Positions 1 to 8,430 of a stretch of DNA of 32,000 nt are shown here, piece by piece. Source of the stretch: Flavobacteriaceae bacterium (lineage in GTDB: Bacteria > Bacteroidota > Bacteroidia > Flavobacteriales > Flavobacteriaceae); assembly GCA_965224465.1 (NCBI GenBank), contig OZ245049.1, positions 2,580,001 through 2,612,000 of the forward strand, given 5' to 3'. The notes under the pieces are model-generated. The model was not told the DNA's origin, ran no database searches, and saw only the letters and a program-made list of their open reading frames with translations. Each line of letters opens with the position of its first letter. The first letter of the stretch is position 1. A program made the position numbers and the translations under genes.

Positions 1-368
1 GAGCTAGAGTAGGATTGACTTTTTTAACGAATGCCTTAGTAACTGACAATGGTTTGGATATGCTTGAGGAGATTCGTAGAGAAAGAACAATTGAATTAAT
101 CTATGAAGGGTTTAGATACGACGATTTAAGAAGATGGAAACAAGCAGAAAATATGCTTCCAGTACATTTAAGAGGAGTGAAATTTACAGGTACAGAGTAT
201 AGCAACAGCCCTCCTAATCAAGGTAAAAACATACCTGTAGATGCTGATGGTTTTGTTATTGCCGATAATAAAGACCACAGGTCTTGGGATCAAAAATTAT
301 ATTTATTCCCTATACCTACGAGTCAAATTAAATTAAATTCGAACCTTACCCAAAACCCTGGTTGGTAG
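1..368 (+). CDS. RagB/SusD-family nutrient-binding outer-membrane lipoprotein, C-terminal fragment (gene starts upstream of the window)
   Basis: The frame is open to the window edge, and the ORF-track start at 15 is an internal TTG. The stretch ERTIELIYEGFRYDDLRRW and the ending LFPIPTSQIKLNSNLTQNPGW are the characteristic SusD/RagB C-terminus. Confidence 0.8.
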   Translation, partial: ARVGLTFLTNALVTDNGLDMLEEIRRERTIELIYEGFRYDDLRRWKQAENMLPVHLRGVKFTGTEYSNSPPNQGKNIPVDADGFVIADNKDHRSWDQKLYLFPIPTSQIKLNSNLTQNPGW

Positions 369-520
369 TATTTATTGGTATTCATGTATGAATCAATACC
401 GCTTCTTATAATAACGAGGGACGCTTCCAAAGGAACATTTTCTGTTTCTAAGATTAAGTTCCTAGGAATTAAGCATTATAGATATTAAAAAGCCCCCCAA
501 TAAAAGTGTGAATTTTTAAC

Positions 521-562
521 CCAAGTGATTTATTTAACCTTAAATCACTTGGTTTATTTTTT
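521..562 (+). terminator. Rho-independent-type terminator after the SusD gene
   Basis: A 12-bp perfect stem, CCAAGTGATTTA (521-532) with TAAATCACTTGG (541-552), has an 8-nt loop and is followed by a T-rich run. Confidence 0.6.
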
Positions 563-648
563 CAATATTAGAATAAATTCCATTAACACAAGAAAACAAC
601 AAGCAGCGTTAGTCATTCATTATTTCTATACCCTAAAAAATTGATTTC

Positions 649-1950
649 ATGCAACAAACATTTATCAAAACAATCGAAGTTAAAGACATCCGATTCCCTA
701 CAAGTAAAACTCTTGACGGATCAGATGCTATGAACCCAGCCCCTGATTATTCCGCCGCCTATGTAATTATAAAAACCAATCACCCAGACCAGCTAGAAGG
801 TCATGGACTTACTTTTACTATAGGTAGAGGAAACGAATTATGTGTCGCAGCCATCAAGTCCTTATCCTATTTAATTATAGGAAAAACATTGGAATCCTTT
901 ACAAAAGATATGGGTGCTTTTTGGAAAATGATTACTGGAGACAGCCAACTTAGATGGTTAGGTCCCGAAAAGGGAATTATTCACTTAGCCACAGGCGCTA
1001 TTGTAAACGCAGTTTGGGACTTATATGCCAAGACAGAAAAGAAACCATTATGGAAACTTCTTGCGGACATGTCACCAGAAGCATTGGTCAAATGCGTTGA
1101 TTTTACATACATTACAGATGTCATTAACCCCAAAGAAGCTATTGAATTGTTAGAAAAACATGCCGATTCGAAACAAGAACGCATCGATAGTTTATTTAAA
1201 AATGGATACCAAGCATATACAACCTCCGCGGGTTGGTTAGGGTATTCTGACGCTAAAATGCGTAGGCTGTGTAAAGAAGCAAAAGAAGCGGGATTTAAAC
1301 ACATGAAAATAAAAGTAGGTTTAGACTTACAAGATGACATGCGAAGAACTGCAATAATCCGTGAAGAAATTGGAGACAAACTAGGTCTAATGATGGATGC
1401 CAATCAAATATGGGACGTAGATGAAGCCATCGAAAATATGGCAGCATTGGCAACATTTAATCCTTTATGGATTGAAGAGCCTACAAGCCCTGACGATATT
1501 TTAGGGCATGCAAAAATAGCCAAAGCCGTAGCCCCTATAAAAGTAGCAACTGGAGAACATTGTCATAATAGAGTCATGTTTAAACAACTAATGCAAGCTG
1601 GATCGATAGAAATTTGTCAGATAGATAGTTGTCGCGTAGGTGGTGTAAATGAAATTTTAGCCATACTTTTAATGGCAGCTAAATTTAAAATCCCCGTATG
1701 CCCTCATGCAGGAGGTGTTGGACTTTGTGAATATGTACAGCATTTATCAATGATTGATTTTATTGCTATTAGTGGATCAACCGAGGGGAGAATAATTGAA
1801 TACGTAGATCATTTACACGATCATTTTATAGACCCTGTAGTGATAAAAAACGGAGCCTATATGCCTCCTACAGCAGCAGGATATAGTATTACAATGAAAG
1901 AAAAATCCTTAAAAGACTATGAATTTCCACATGGAAAGGTCTGGAAATAA
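649..1950 (+). CDS. fucD: L-fuconate dehydratase (enolase superfamily, MR/MLE class)
   Basis: 433 aa. The N-terminal VKDIRFPTSKTLDGSDAMNPAPDYSAAYVII matches the FucD/ENOSF1 signature as I recall it. The enolase-type metal-ligand region MMDANQ...IEEP is present. The gene sits among the other fucose-pathway genes. Confidence 0.85.
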   Translation: MQQTFIKTIEVKDIRFPTSKTLDGSDAMNPAPDYSAAYVIIKTNHPDQLEGHGLTFTIGRGNELCVAAIKSLSYLIIGKTLESFTKDMGAFWKMITGDSQLRWLGPEKGIIHLATGAIVNAVWDLYAKTEKKPLWKLLADMSPEALVKCVDFTYITDVINPKEAIELLEKHADSKQERIDSLFKNGYQAYTTSAGWLGYSDAKMRRLCKEAKEAGFKHMKIKVGLDLQDDMRRTAIIREEIGDKLGLMMDANQIWDVDEAIENMAALATFNPLWIEEPTSPDDILGHAKIAKAVAPIKVATGEHCHNRVMFKQLMQAGSIEICQIDSCRVGGVNEILAILLMAAKFKIPVCPHAGGVGLCEYVQHLSMIDFIAISGSTEGRIIEYVDHLHDHFIDPVVIKNGAYMPPTAAGYSITMKEKSLKDYEFPHGKVWK

Positions 1951-1957
1951 AATAAAT

Positions 1958-3283
1958 ATGAAAAAAATAATATTAATATTAGCTTTGATTGTTTTTACTC
2001 AAAACAATTATTCTCAAAAAAACTACAGCCCTTCTCCGGAGAATATAAAAGCGAGAAAGTGGTTTAAAAACGCCAAATTCGGACTGTTTATTCATTGGGG
2101 AGTTTACAGTATTTTAGGTGATGGAGAATGGGTTATGAATACTCAAAACATAGCAATAGAAGAATATGAAAAATTACCTTCTTTTTTTAATCCAATAGAT
2201 TTTAATGCGGATCAGTGGGTAAAAATGGCGAAAGATGCAGGGATGAAATACATCACTATTACCAGTAGGCATCATGACGGGTTTTCCATGTACGACTCTA
2301 AAATAACGGACTATACGATTGTTAAAAAGACCCCTTATAAAAAAGACCCCTTAAAAGAACTTGCAATCGCATGTAAAAAAGAAGGAATCAAACTTTTTTT
2401 CTATTATTCTCTTTTAGACTGGCACGATGATAATTATTTTCCAAGAGGAAAAACAGGAACAAAAATTCCTGGAAGAAAGCAAGGAGAATGGAAAAAATAC
2501 ATTGCGTTTATGAAAGGTCAATTAACCGAATTATTAACAAACTATGGAGAAATCGCAGGTATTTGGTTTGACGGAGATTGGGATCAACGTGTTGGAGACG
2601 TACACAGTCCTTTAACTATCAATTGGCATTACGACGAAATATACGCCCTTATTCATAAATTACAACCTCAGTGCTTAATAGGCAACAACAGACATTTAGC
2701 ACCCTTAAAAGGAGAAGATTTTCAAATGTTTGAAAGAGATTTACCGGGTGAAACAAAAACAAATTTCGGAACCAAATCCTCAGACCTAGGCAATTTACCA
2801 AGGGAAGTTTGCGGAACTATTAATGGGAATTGGGGTTTTAATTTAAAGGACAGAAATCATAAGTCTAAAAAACAACTTATTCATTATTTAGTAAAAGCAG
2901 CGGGCTATGGAAGTAACTTATTACTAAATGTTGGTCCAATGCCAAACGGAAAAATTCAGCCGAATCATGTTAAATCCTTGGCTGAAATTGGAAAATGGCT
3001 TAGAAAAAATGGAGCGACAATATACAATACCGTTCAAGGACCAATCGCATCGAATGAATTGATGGTTTCAACCAAAAAAGACAAAAAAATATACCTTCAT
3101 ATCTTAGATACAAAACAAAACCACTATTTTATAAAAGGTTTTAATGAAAACATAAAATCTATGATTTTTTTTAGTACAGGAGAAAAAGTAGGTTATAAAA
3201 AAAGTAAAAATGGACTATCCATAGAGGTTCCAAAAAAGAATCAAAACGCCATAGACACCATTATAGAAATCGAATTAAAATAA
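1958..3283 (+). CDS. alpha-L-fucosidase, GH29, secreted
   Basis: The FGLFIHWGVYS motif and ITSRHHDGF are typical of GH29. I moved the start to ATG 1958 (MKKIILILALIVF signal peptide) because the ORF-track start at 1919 overlaps fucD. Confidence 0.85.
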   Translation: MKKIILILALIVFTQNNYSQKNYSPSPENIKARKWFKNAKFGLFIHWGVYSILGDGEWVMNTQNIAIEEYEKLPSFFNPIDFNADQWVKMAKDAGMKYITITSRHHDGFSMYDSKITDYTIVKKTPYKKDPLKELAIACKKEGIKLFFYYSLLDWHDDNYFPRGKTGTKIPGRKQGEWKKYIAFMKGQLTELLTNYGEIAGIWFDGDWDQRVGDVHSPLTINWHYDEIYALIHKLQPQCLIGNNRHLAPLKGEDFQMFERDLPGETKTNFGTKSSDLGNLPREVCGTINGNWGFNLKDRNHKSKKQLIHYLVKAAGYGSNLLLNVGPMPNGKIQPNHVKSLAEIGKWLRKNGATIYNTVQGPIASNELMVSTKKDKKIYLHILDTKQNHYFIKGFNENIKSMIFFSTGEKVGYKKSKNGLSIEVPKKNQNAIDTIIEIELK

Positions 3284-3287
3284 AAAT

Positions 3288-4070
3288 ATGTCGCAGTTTA
3301 GTTTACACGGAAAAACAGCCATTGTTACAGGTGGTGGTAGTGGAATAGGAAAAGCTATTTCTCTAAAATTTGGAGAAAATGGAGCCCATGTGTGTATCCT
3401 AGAAGTACAACTAGAAGCTGCACAATCCACTGCTGAAATTATTCTAGCAACAGGAGGAAAAGCAACAGCTTATCAATGTAATGTTACAAATCGACAAGAA
3501 GTACAAGCTGTTATTAACGCAATTTCCGAAAGTAATAGTATTGATATATTAGTAAACAATGCTGGAATTGGGCATGTAGGAAACATAGAAAACACCCAAG
3601 AAAGTGATTTAGACAGGCTGTACAATGTAAACATAAAAGGAGTTTACAACTGTATGTTTGCCTGCATTCAAAAAATGAAAAGCACTAAAAACGGAAGCGT
3701 TATATTAAACATAGCATCCATTGCTTCCTCTGTTGGTATCGCGGATCGTTTTGCGTATTCCATGACAAAAGGTGCTGTTTTAACGATGTCTTACTCGGTT
3801 GCCAAAGATTATTTAAAAGAAGGCATACGCTGTAATACCATTTCACCTGCAAGAATTCACACCCCTTTTGTAGACGGGTTTATTGCTGAAAACTACCCAG
3901 GACAAGAGACCGAAATGTTTGAAAAACTATCAAAAACACAACCTATTGGACGCATGGGAAAACCAGAAGAAGTTGCAAACTTAGCCTTGTTTTTATGCAG
4001 TAATGAGGCTTCATTTATCACAGGAACCGATTTCCCAATAGATGGTGGATTTATAAAATTAAACGGATAA
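3288..4070 (+). CDS. SDR-family oxidoreductase (2-keto-3-deoxy-L-fuconate 4-dehydrogenase or L-fucose dehydrogenase; the two cannot be told apart here)
   Basis: TGGGSGIG Rossmann motif, NNAG, and a YSMTK catalytic Y-x3-K. 260 aa. It lies between the fucosidase and the FAH hydrolase. Confidence 0.8.
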   Translation: MSQFSLHGKTAIVTGGGSGIGKAISLKFGENGAHVCILEVQLEAAQSTAEIILATGGKATAYQCNVTNRQEVQAVINAISESNSIDILVNNAGIGHVGNIENTQESDLDRLYNVNIKGVYNCMFACIQKMKSTKNGSVILNIASIASSVGIADRFAYSMTKGAVLTMSYSVAKDYLKEGIRCNTISPARIHTPFVDGFIAENYPGQETEMFEKLSKTQPIGRMGKPEEVANLALFLCSNEASFITGTDFPIDGGFIKLNG

Positions 4071-4119
4071 TACAAACCACCTCGTTGCAACATACACTAT
4101 AAATAAAGATAAAAACACT

Positions 4120-4977
4120 ATGAAATTAATACGATTTGGAACCCTAGGGAAAGAAAAACCAGGAGTACAATTGGAAAATGGAAACCGAATAGACGTCAGT
4201 GCTTTTGGACAAGATTACACCGAAGTTTTTTTTGGTGATGCGGGCATTGAACACTTAAAAACATGGTTAAAAGTTCATCAAAGTGAATGCCCTATTATTG
4301 ACAAGAACATACGTTTAGGCGCTCCTTTATGCCGTCCATCAAAAATAGTTTGTGTAGGATTAAACTACGCACAACACGCCGCAGAAAGCGGCATGGATGT
4401 CCCTTCCGAACCTGTATTGTTTTTTAAAGCAACAAGTGCAATTGTAGGCCCTTATGATGATCTTGTAATCCCAAAAGGAAGTAAAAAAACAGATTGGGAA
4501 GTAGAGTTAGCTGTTGTTATCGGAAAAAAAGCCTCTTATGTAAGTAACGCGAATGCTTTAGACCATGTAGCAGGGTATGTACTACATAATGATTACAGCG
4601 AAAGAGCATTTCAACTAGAACAAGAAGGTCAGTGGGTAAAAGGAAAAAGTTGTGACACCTTTGCTCCAATAGGCCCATTTATTGTAACAAAAGACGAAAT
4701 TACAGATCCTAATAATTTGAATCTTTGGCTCACTTTAAATGGGAAGAAAATTCAAAATAGCTCTACCTCTGATTTTATATTTAACATTCAGTATATCATC
4801 AGTTATATCAGTCATTTTATGACTTTATTACCTGGGGACATCATTTCTACAGGAACTCCTTTTGGTGTAGGTCTAGGATTGAATCCTCCCATGTATTTAA
4901 AACCAGGAGATGTCATAGAGTTAGGAATAGAAGGATTAGGCACTTCAAAACAAACTGCGGTAGCATATACAAATTAG
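4120..4977 (+). CDS. fumarylacetoacetate hydrolase (FAH) family protein, probable 2,4-diketo-3-deoxy-L-fuconate hydrolase
   Basis: FAH-fold signatures are present (KIVCVGLNYAQHA, DWEVELAVVIGK, GDIISTGTP.GVG). The pathway role is inferred from context. Confidence 0.75.
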   Translation: MKLIRFGTLGKEKPGVQLENGNRIDVSAFGQDYTEVFFGDAGIEHLKTWLKVHQSECPIIDKNIRLGAPLCRPSKIVCVGLNYAQHAAESGMDVPSEPVLFFKATSAIVGPYDDLVIPKGSKKTDWEVELAVVIGKKASYVSNANALDHVAGYVLHNDYSERAFQLEQEGQWVKGKSCDTFAPIGPFIVTKDEITDPNNLNLWLTLNGKKIQNSSTSDFIFNIQYIISYISHFMTLLPGDIISTGTPFGVGLGLNPPMYLKPGDVIELGIEGLGTSKQTAVAYTN

Positions 4978-4980
4978 AAA

Positions 4981-5808
4981 ATGAGTATAGACAGCCATCA
5001 ACATTTTTGGAAATACAATGCTATTAGAGATCAGTGGATCAATAAAAACATGCAAGCAATCCAAAGGGATTTCCTTCCTTCAGACTTGGAATCTATTCTT
5101 TTAAAAAATAATGTTGATGGCTGTATTGCTGTTCAGGCTACACAATCAGAAGAAGAAACTACTTTTTTATTAGGCCTCGCAAACAAGCATTTATTTATTA
5201 AAGGTGTAATAGGATGGATAGATTTGTGTGCAGAAAATACAGAAGAACGATTGTCCTATTTTTCAAAAAATACATTCTTTAAAGGAGTACGACATATTTT
5301 ACAAACAGAAGAGGTCTCATTTATGAGCAAACCAAGTTTTTTAAATGGCATCAAAAAGCTCCAAACATTTAATCTTACCTATGATATTCTTATTAACAGC
5401 ACGCAATTAACCTCCGCCGAAATACTTGTTTCAAAGTTCCCAAAACAAGCTTTTGTGTTGGATCATATTGGAAAACCGAATATTAAAAATCAAGAGTTTG
5501 AAAAATGGGCCCTTCAAATTTCTGATGTAGGAAAACACAAAAACGTTTTCTGTAAAATAGCTGGTTTGGTTACCCAAGCAAATTGGAATCACTGGAACGA
5601 TGAACAAATCACTCCCTATTTGGATCATGTTTTTGATGTCTTTGGAATGGATAGAATTATGTATGGATCTGACTGGCCTGTCTGTTTACTATCCGCTAGC
5701 TATAAAGAACAATTACAGATTATTCAAAATTATATCTCCACATTTTCAATAGATGATCAAGCACGAATAATGCAAGGAAATGCAATTCGTTTTTACAATT
5801 TACACTAA
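4981..5808 (+). CDS. amidohydrolase-2 family protein, probable L-fucono-1,5-lactonase
   Basis: An N-terminal IDSHQHFW metal-binding motif and C-terminal MYGSDWPV are typical of COG3618 lactonases. It starts 4 nt after the FAH gene. Confidence 0.75.
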   Translation: MSIDSHQHFWKYNAIRDQWINKNMQAIQRDFLPSDLESILLKNNVDGCIAVQATQSEEETTFLLGLANKHLFIKGVIGWIDLCAENTEERLSYFSKNTFFKGVRHILQTEEVSFMSKPSFLNGIKKLQTFNLTYDILINSTQLTSAEILVSKFPKQAFVLDHIGKPNIKNQEFEKWALQISDVGKHKNVFCKIAGLVTQANWNHWNDEQITPYLDHVFDVFGMDRIMYGSDWPVCLLSASYKEQLQIIQNYISTFSIDDQARIMQGNAIRFYNLH

Positions 5809-5860
5809 GTATACAATAAATGAAAAATTAAAAAAACACAAGAAATAACACTTTTTTATT

Positions 5861-7045
5861 ATGTATAGAAACAACATCATTTTACTCCTAACTTTATCGA
5901 TGGTTATTTTTTCAAGCTGCAAGCACAAAGAAAAAAATACAATTCATAAAGACCTAATTACCGATATAGAATCACAATACGAATTATTATTTAATGCCAT
6001 TCAATCCGAAAAACAAACAAAAAAATTCCTGCCTCGAAATAGCATTAATGAGAAGATCGGATATATTCCAACCTACGATTGGACCAGTGGATTTTACCCT
6101 GGATCGCTCTGGGAGATTTATAAGTTGACAGGTAGTGAAATTTGGAAAAAAAGAGCCTTAGACTATACCGAACGAATGGAATCCGTAAAGTTTTTTACTG
6201 AGAATCACGATATCGGTTTTATGATAGAATGCAGTTTTGGAAATGCAATAAAAACATTAAAAACCACAAAGTATGATGCTATAATTGTGCAATCTGCAAA
6301 ATCATTGGCTTCTAGATATAGATCCAAAGCGGGAGTTATTCAATCATGGAATAAAGGCAGTAAATGGAATTGCCCTGTTATTATTGATAATATGATGAAC
6401 TTAGAACTCCTATTTCATGCGACCCGAATTTCAGGAGATTCAACCTATTACAACATCGCAGTACAACACGCAAACAAGACCCTTAAAAATCATTTCAGAG
6501 ATGATTCTAGCTCTTATCATGTATTGGATTATGATTTAGAATCAGGTGCAGTTGTTGCTAGAAATACACATCAAGGCTATGCAGATGTATCGGCATGGGC
6601 ACGTGGTCAGTCTTGGGGACTCTATGGTTTTACGGTCATGTATAGAGAAACTAAAGATACGCGCTATTTAGAGCAAGCAGTAAAAATTGCTGATTTTATA
6701 AAAAACCACCCAAATTTACCCGAAGATCAAATTCCATACTGGGACTTTAATGTAAAGCCAGAGAAAGAAACACCACGCGATGCTTCGGCGGCAGCAATTA
6801 CAGCTTCTGCCTTATTAGAATTGTGTACATATGTAGATCAAGACCACAAAAACGCCTACAAAGATTGGGCAATAAAAATCATTCACGTTTTAAGTTCTAA
6901 AGCATATCTAGCAGAAAAAGGCTCTAATAATGAGTTTTTATTAAAACATTCCGTAGGGAGCTTACCTCATGATTCTGAAATTAATGCTGCCATTAATTAT
7001 GCAGATTATTATTACCTAGAGGCATTAAATAGATTGAACAATTAA
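5861..7045 (+). CDS. glycoside hydrolase family 88-like (unsaturated glucuronyl hydrolase), lipoprotein
   Basis: Lipobox-like N-terminus (VIFSSC). The motifs DWTSGFYPGSLW, IIDNMMNLELLF and WARGQSWGLYGF are typical of GH88. Confidence 0.75.
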   Translation: MYRNNIILLLTLSMVIFSSCKHKEKNTIHKDLITDIESQYELLFNAIQSEKQTKKFLPRNSINEKIGYIPTYDWTSGFYPGSLWEIYKLTGSEIWKKRALDYTERMESVKFFTENHDIGFMIECSFGNAIKTLKTTKYDAIIVQSAKSLASRYRSKAGVIQSWNKGSKWNCPVIIDNMMNLELLFHATRISGDSTYYNIAVQHANKTLKNHFRDDSSSYHVLDYDLESGAVVARNTHQGYADVSAWARGQSWGLYGFTVMYRETKDTRYLEQAVKIADFIKNHPNLPEDQIPYWDFNVKPEKETPRDASAAAITASALLELCTYVDQDHKNAYKDWAIKIIHVLSSKAYLAEKGSNNEFLLKHSVGSLPHDSEINAAINYADYYYLEALNRLNN

Positions 7046-7056
7046 AAACGAGAGCC

Positions 7057-8271
7057 ATGTTAAAAAATAAATCAAAAATTTTATTACTGGTATTCGTTTT
7101 TACAACTGTAACCATAAACGCTCAAGACACACGAAAACAATGGGTAAACGAGATCACAAAAATAGCGACCCCTGTTTTAACCGCTTTGAGTCAGGATAAA
7201 CTAAAAGAAAAAATGCCTATTGAACAGCATAGTTTTGAATATGGAGACCGAAGCAGTTTTGCCCATTTAGAAGTATTTGGACGCTTAATGGCAGGAATAG
7301 CTCCATGGTTAGAATTAGGTATTGACACCACAGAAGAAGGAATAATTCGTAAAAAACAATTAGAATTAGCGCTAAAATCCATTGAAAACGCAGTAGACCC
7401 TAAAGCAGACGACTTTATGAATTTCACCAAGGGATCGCAACCATTAGTAGATGCCGCTTTTTTAGCACAAGCATTTTTACGTGCTCCTAATCAATTATGG
7501 GAGCCCTTACCAGCACAGGTGAAGAAAAATGTGATTCATGCCTTTGAATCTACAAGGATAATACGCCCTTATTATAACAATTGGCTGTTGTTTTCGGCAA
7601 CCATTGAAGCTTTCTTTTTAAAATTTACGGACAAAGCTGACCTAATGAGAATTGATTACGCCATAAAAAAACACATGGAATGGTATGTTGGAGATGGTCA
7701 CTATTCTGATGGCGAAAAATTTCATTGGGATTATTACAATTCTTTTGTCATCCACCCTATGCTCTTGGATATCGCCAAAGTACTTGTTAAAAAAAACAAA
7801 AAAAGAAATACACAGCTCTATCAGAAAATACTAAAAAGAGCCCAGCGTTATAGCGTTGTATTAGAACGATTGATTTCACCTGAAGGCACTTTCCCTATTA
7901 TAGGGCGCTCTTCGATTTATAGACTGGCAGCATTTCAAACATTGTCACAAATAGTTCTTTTGGATACATTACCTAAAGAAATCTCATACGGACAAGTTCG
8001 AAGTGCTTTAACAGCAGTTATGAAACGTCTATTTGAATTCGAAGGCACTTATAACCAAGATAACTGGCTCCAATTAGGGGTTGTTGGTCATCAACCAAAA
8101 CTTGCAGAACCTTATATAACAACAGGGAGTTTGTACTTAACATCTGTTGGTTTTTTACATTTAGGATTACCACCAAACCATCCTTTTTGGACCTGTAAAA
8201 GCGAACCTTGGACGATGGTGAAAATGTGGAATGGAAATACAACATTACAAAGAGATAAAGCAATAAACTAA
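7057..8271 (+). CDS. DUF2264-domain protein, secreted (family I recall as linked to CAZy GH154; not verifiable here)
   Basis: 404 aa with a signal peptide. It has an alpha/alpha-toroid-like composition and commonly neighbours GH88. The family assignment rests on sequence recall only. Confidence 0.55.
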   Translation: MLKNKSKILLLVFVFTTVTINAQDTRKQWVNEITKIATPVLTALSQDKLKEKMPIEQHSFEYGDRSSFAHLEVFGRLMAGIAPWLELGIDTTEEGIIRKKQLELALKSIENAVDPKADDFMNFTKGSQPLVDAAFLAQAFLRAPNQLWEPLPAQVKKNVIHAFESTRIIRPYYNNWLLFSATIEAFFLKFTDKADLMRIDYAIKKHMEWYVGDGHYSDGEKFHWDYYNSFVIHPMLLDIAKVLVKKNKKRNTQLYQKILKRAQRYSVVLERLISPEGTFPIIGRSSIYRLAAFQTLSQIVLLDTLPKEISYGQVRSALTAVMKRLFEFEGTYNQDNWLQLGVVGHQPKLAEPYITTGSLYLTSVGFLHLGLPPNHPFWTCKSEPWTMVKMWNGNTTLQRDKAIN

Positions 8272-8290
8272 CTCAAAACCAACACAACAC

Positions 8291-8417
8291 CAATTACAAT
8301 TCAAAATAACCGATATAAATAAAACAATAGCAGGGCTATCCTTAAACTTTTAGCCTAGCTAAAACAAAAAATAATTCCATTTCTAAACTGTCACTTGGAA
8401 ATGTATTTGGTGTAATT
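8291..8417 (-). repeat. Dispersed repeat family R1, copy A (inverted relative to copy B)
   Basis: Positions 8376-8402 are the exact reverse complement of 15393-15419 (27 nt, ATTTCCAAGTGACAGTTTAGAAATGGA). GGATAGCC and the TTTATATCGGT(T/C)ATTTTG segments are also shared with copies B and C. Confidence 0.75.
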
Positions 8418-8430
8418 TAACAAAAAAACT

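Noticed and set aside
981-1403. 140-aa antisense ORF inside fucD, and similar shadow ORFs (3893-4093, 5431-5628, 7191-7430, 8018-8263, 8391-8621, 10539-10787, 12335-13657 set, 13899-14138, 14971-15246, 15934-16392, 18350-18595, 19107-19331, 21304-21489, 21580-21774, 23092-23715, 26473-27335)
   Set aside because: All lie inside or antisense to strongly supported genes. They have low-complexity or biased composition and no recognisable motifs.
1919-1957. Longer N-termini offered by the ORF track for GH29 (1919), the mutarotase (13643) and the XRE protein (30128)
   Set aside because: These starts overlap the preceding gene or add non-homologous residues. The internal ATGs give a canonical signal peptide or family-typical N-termini.
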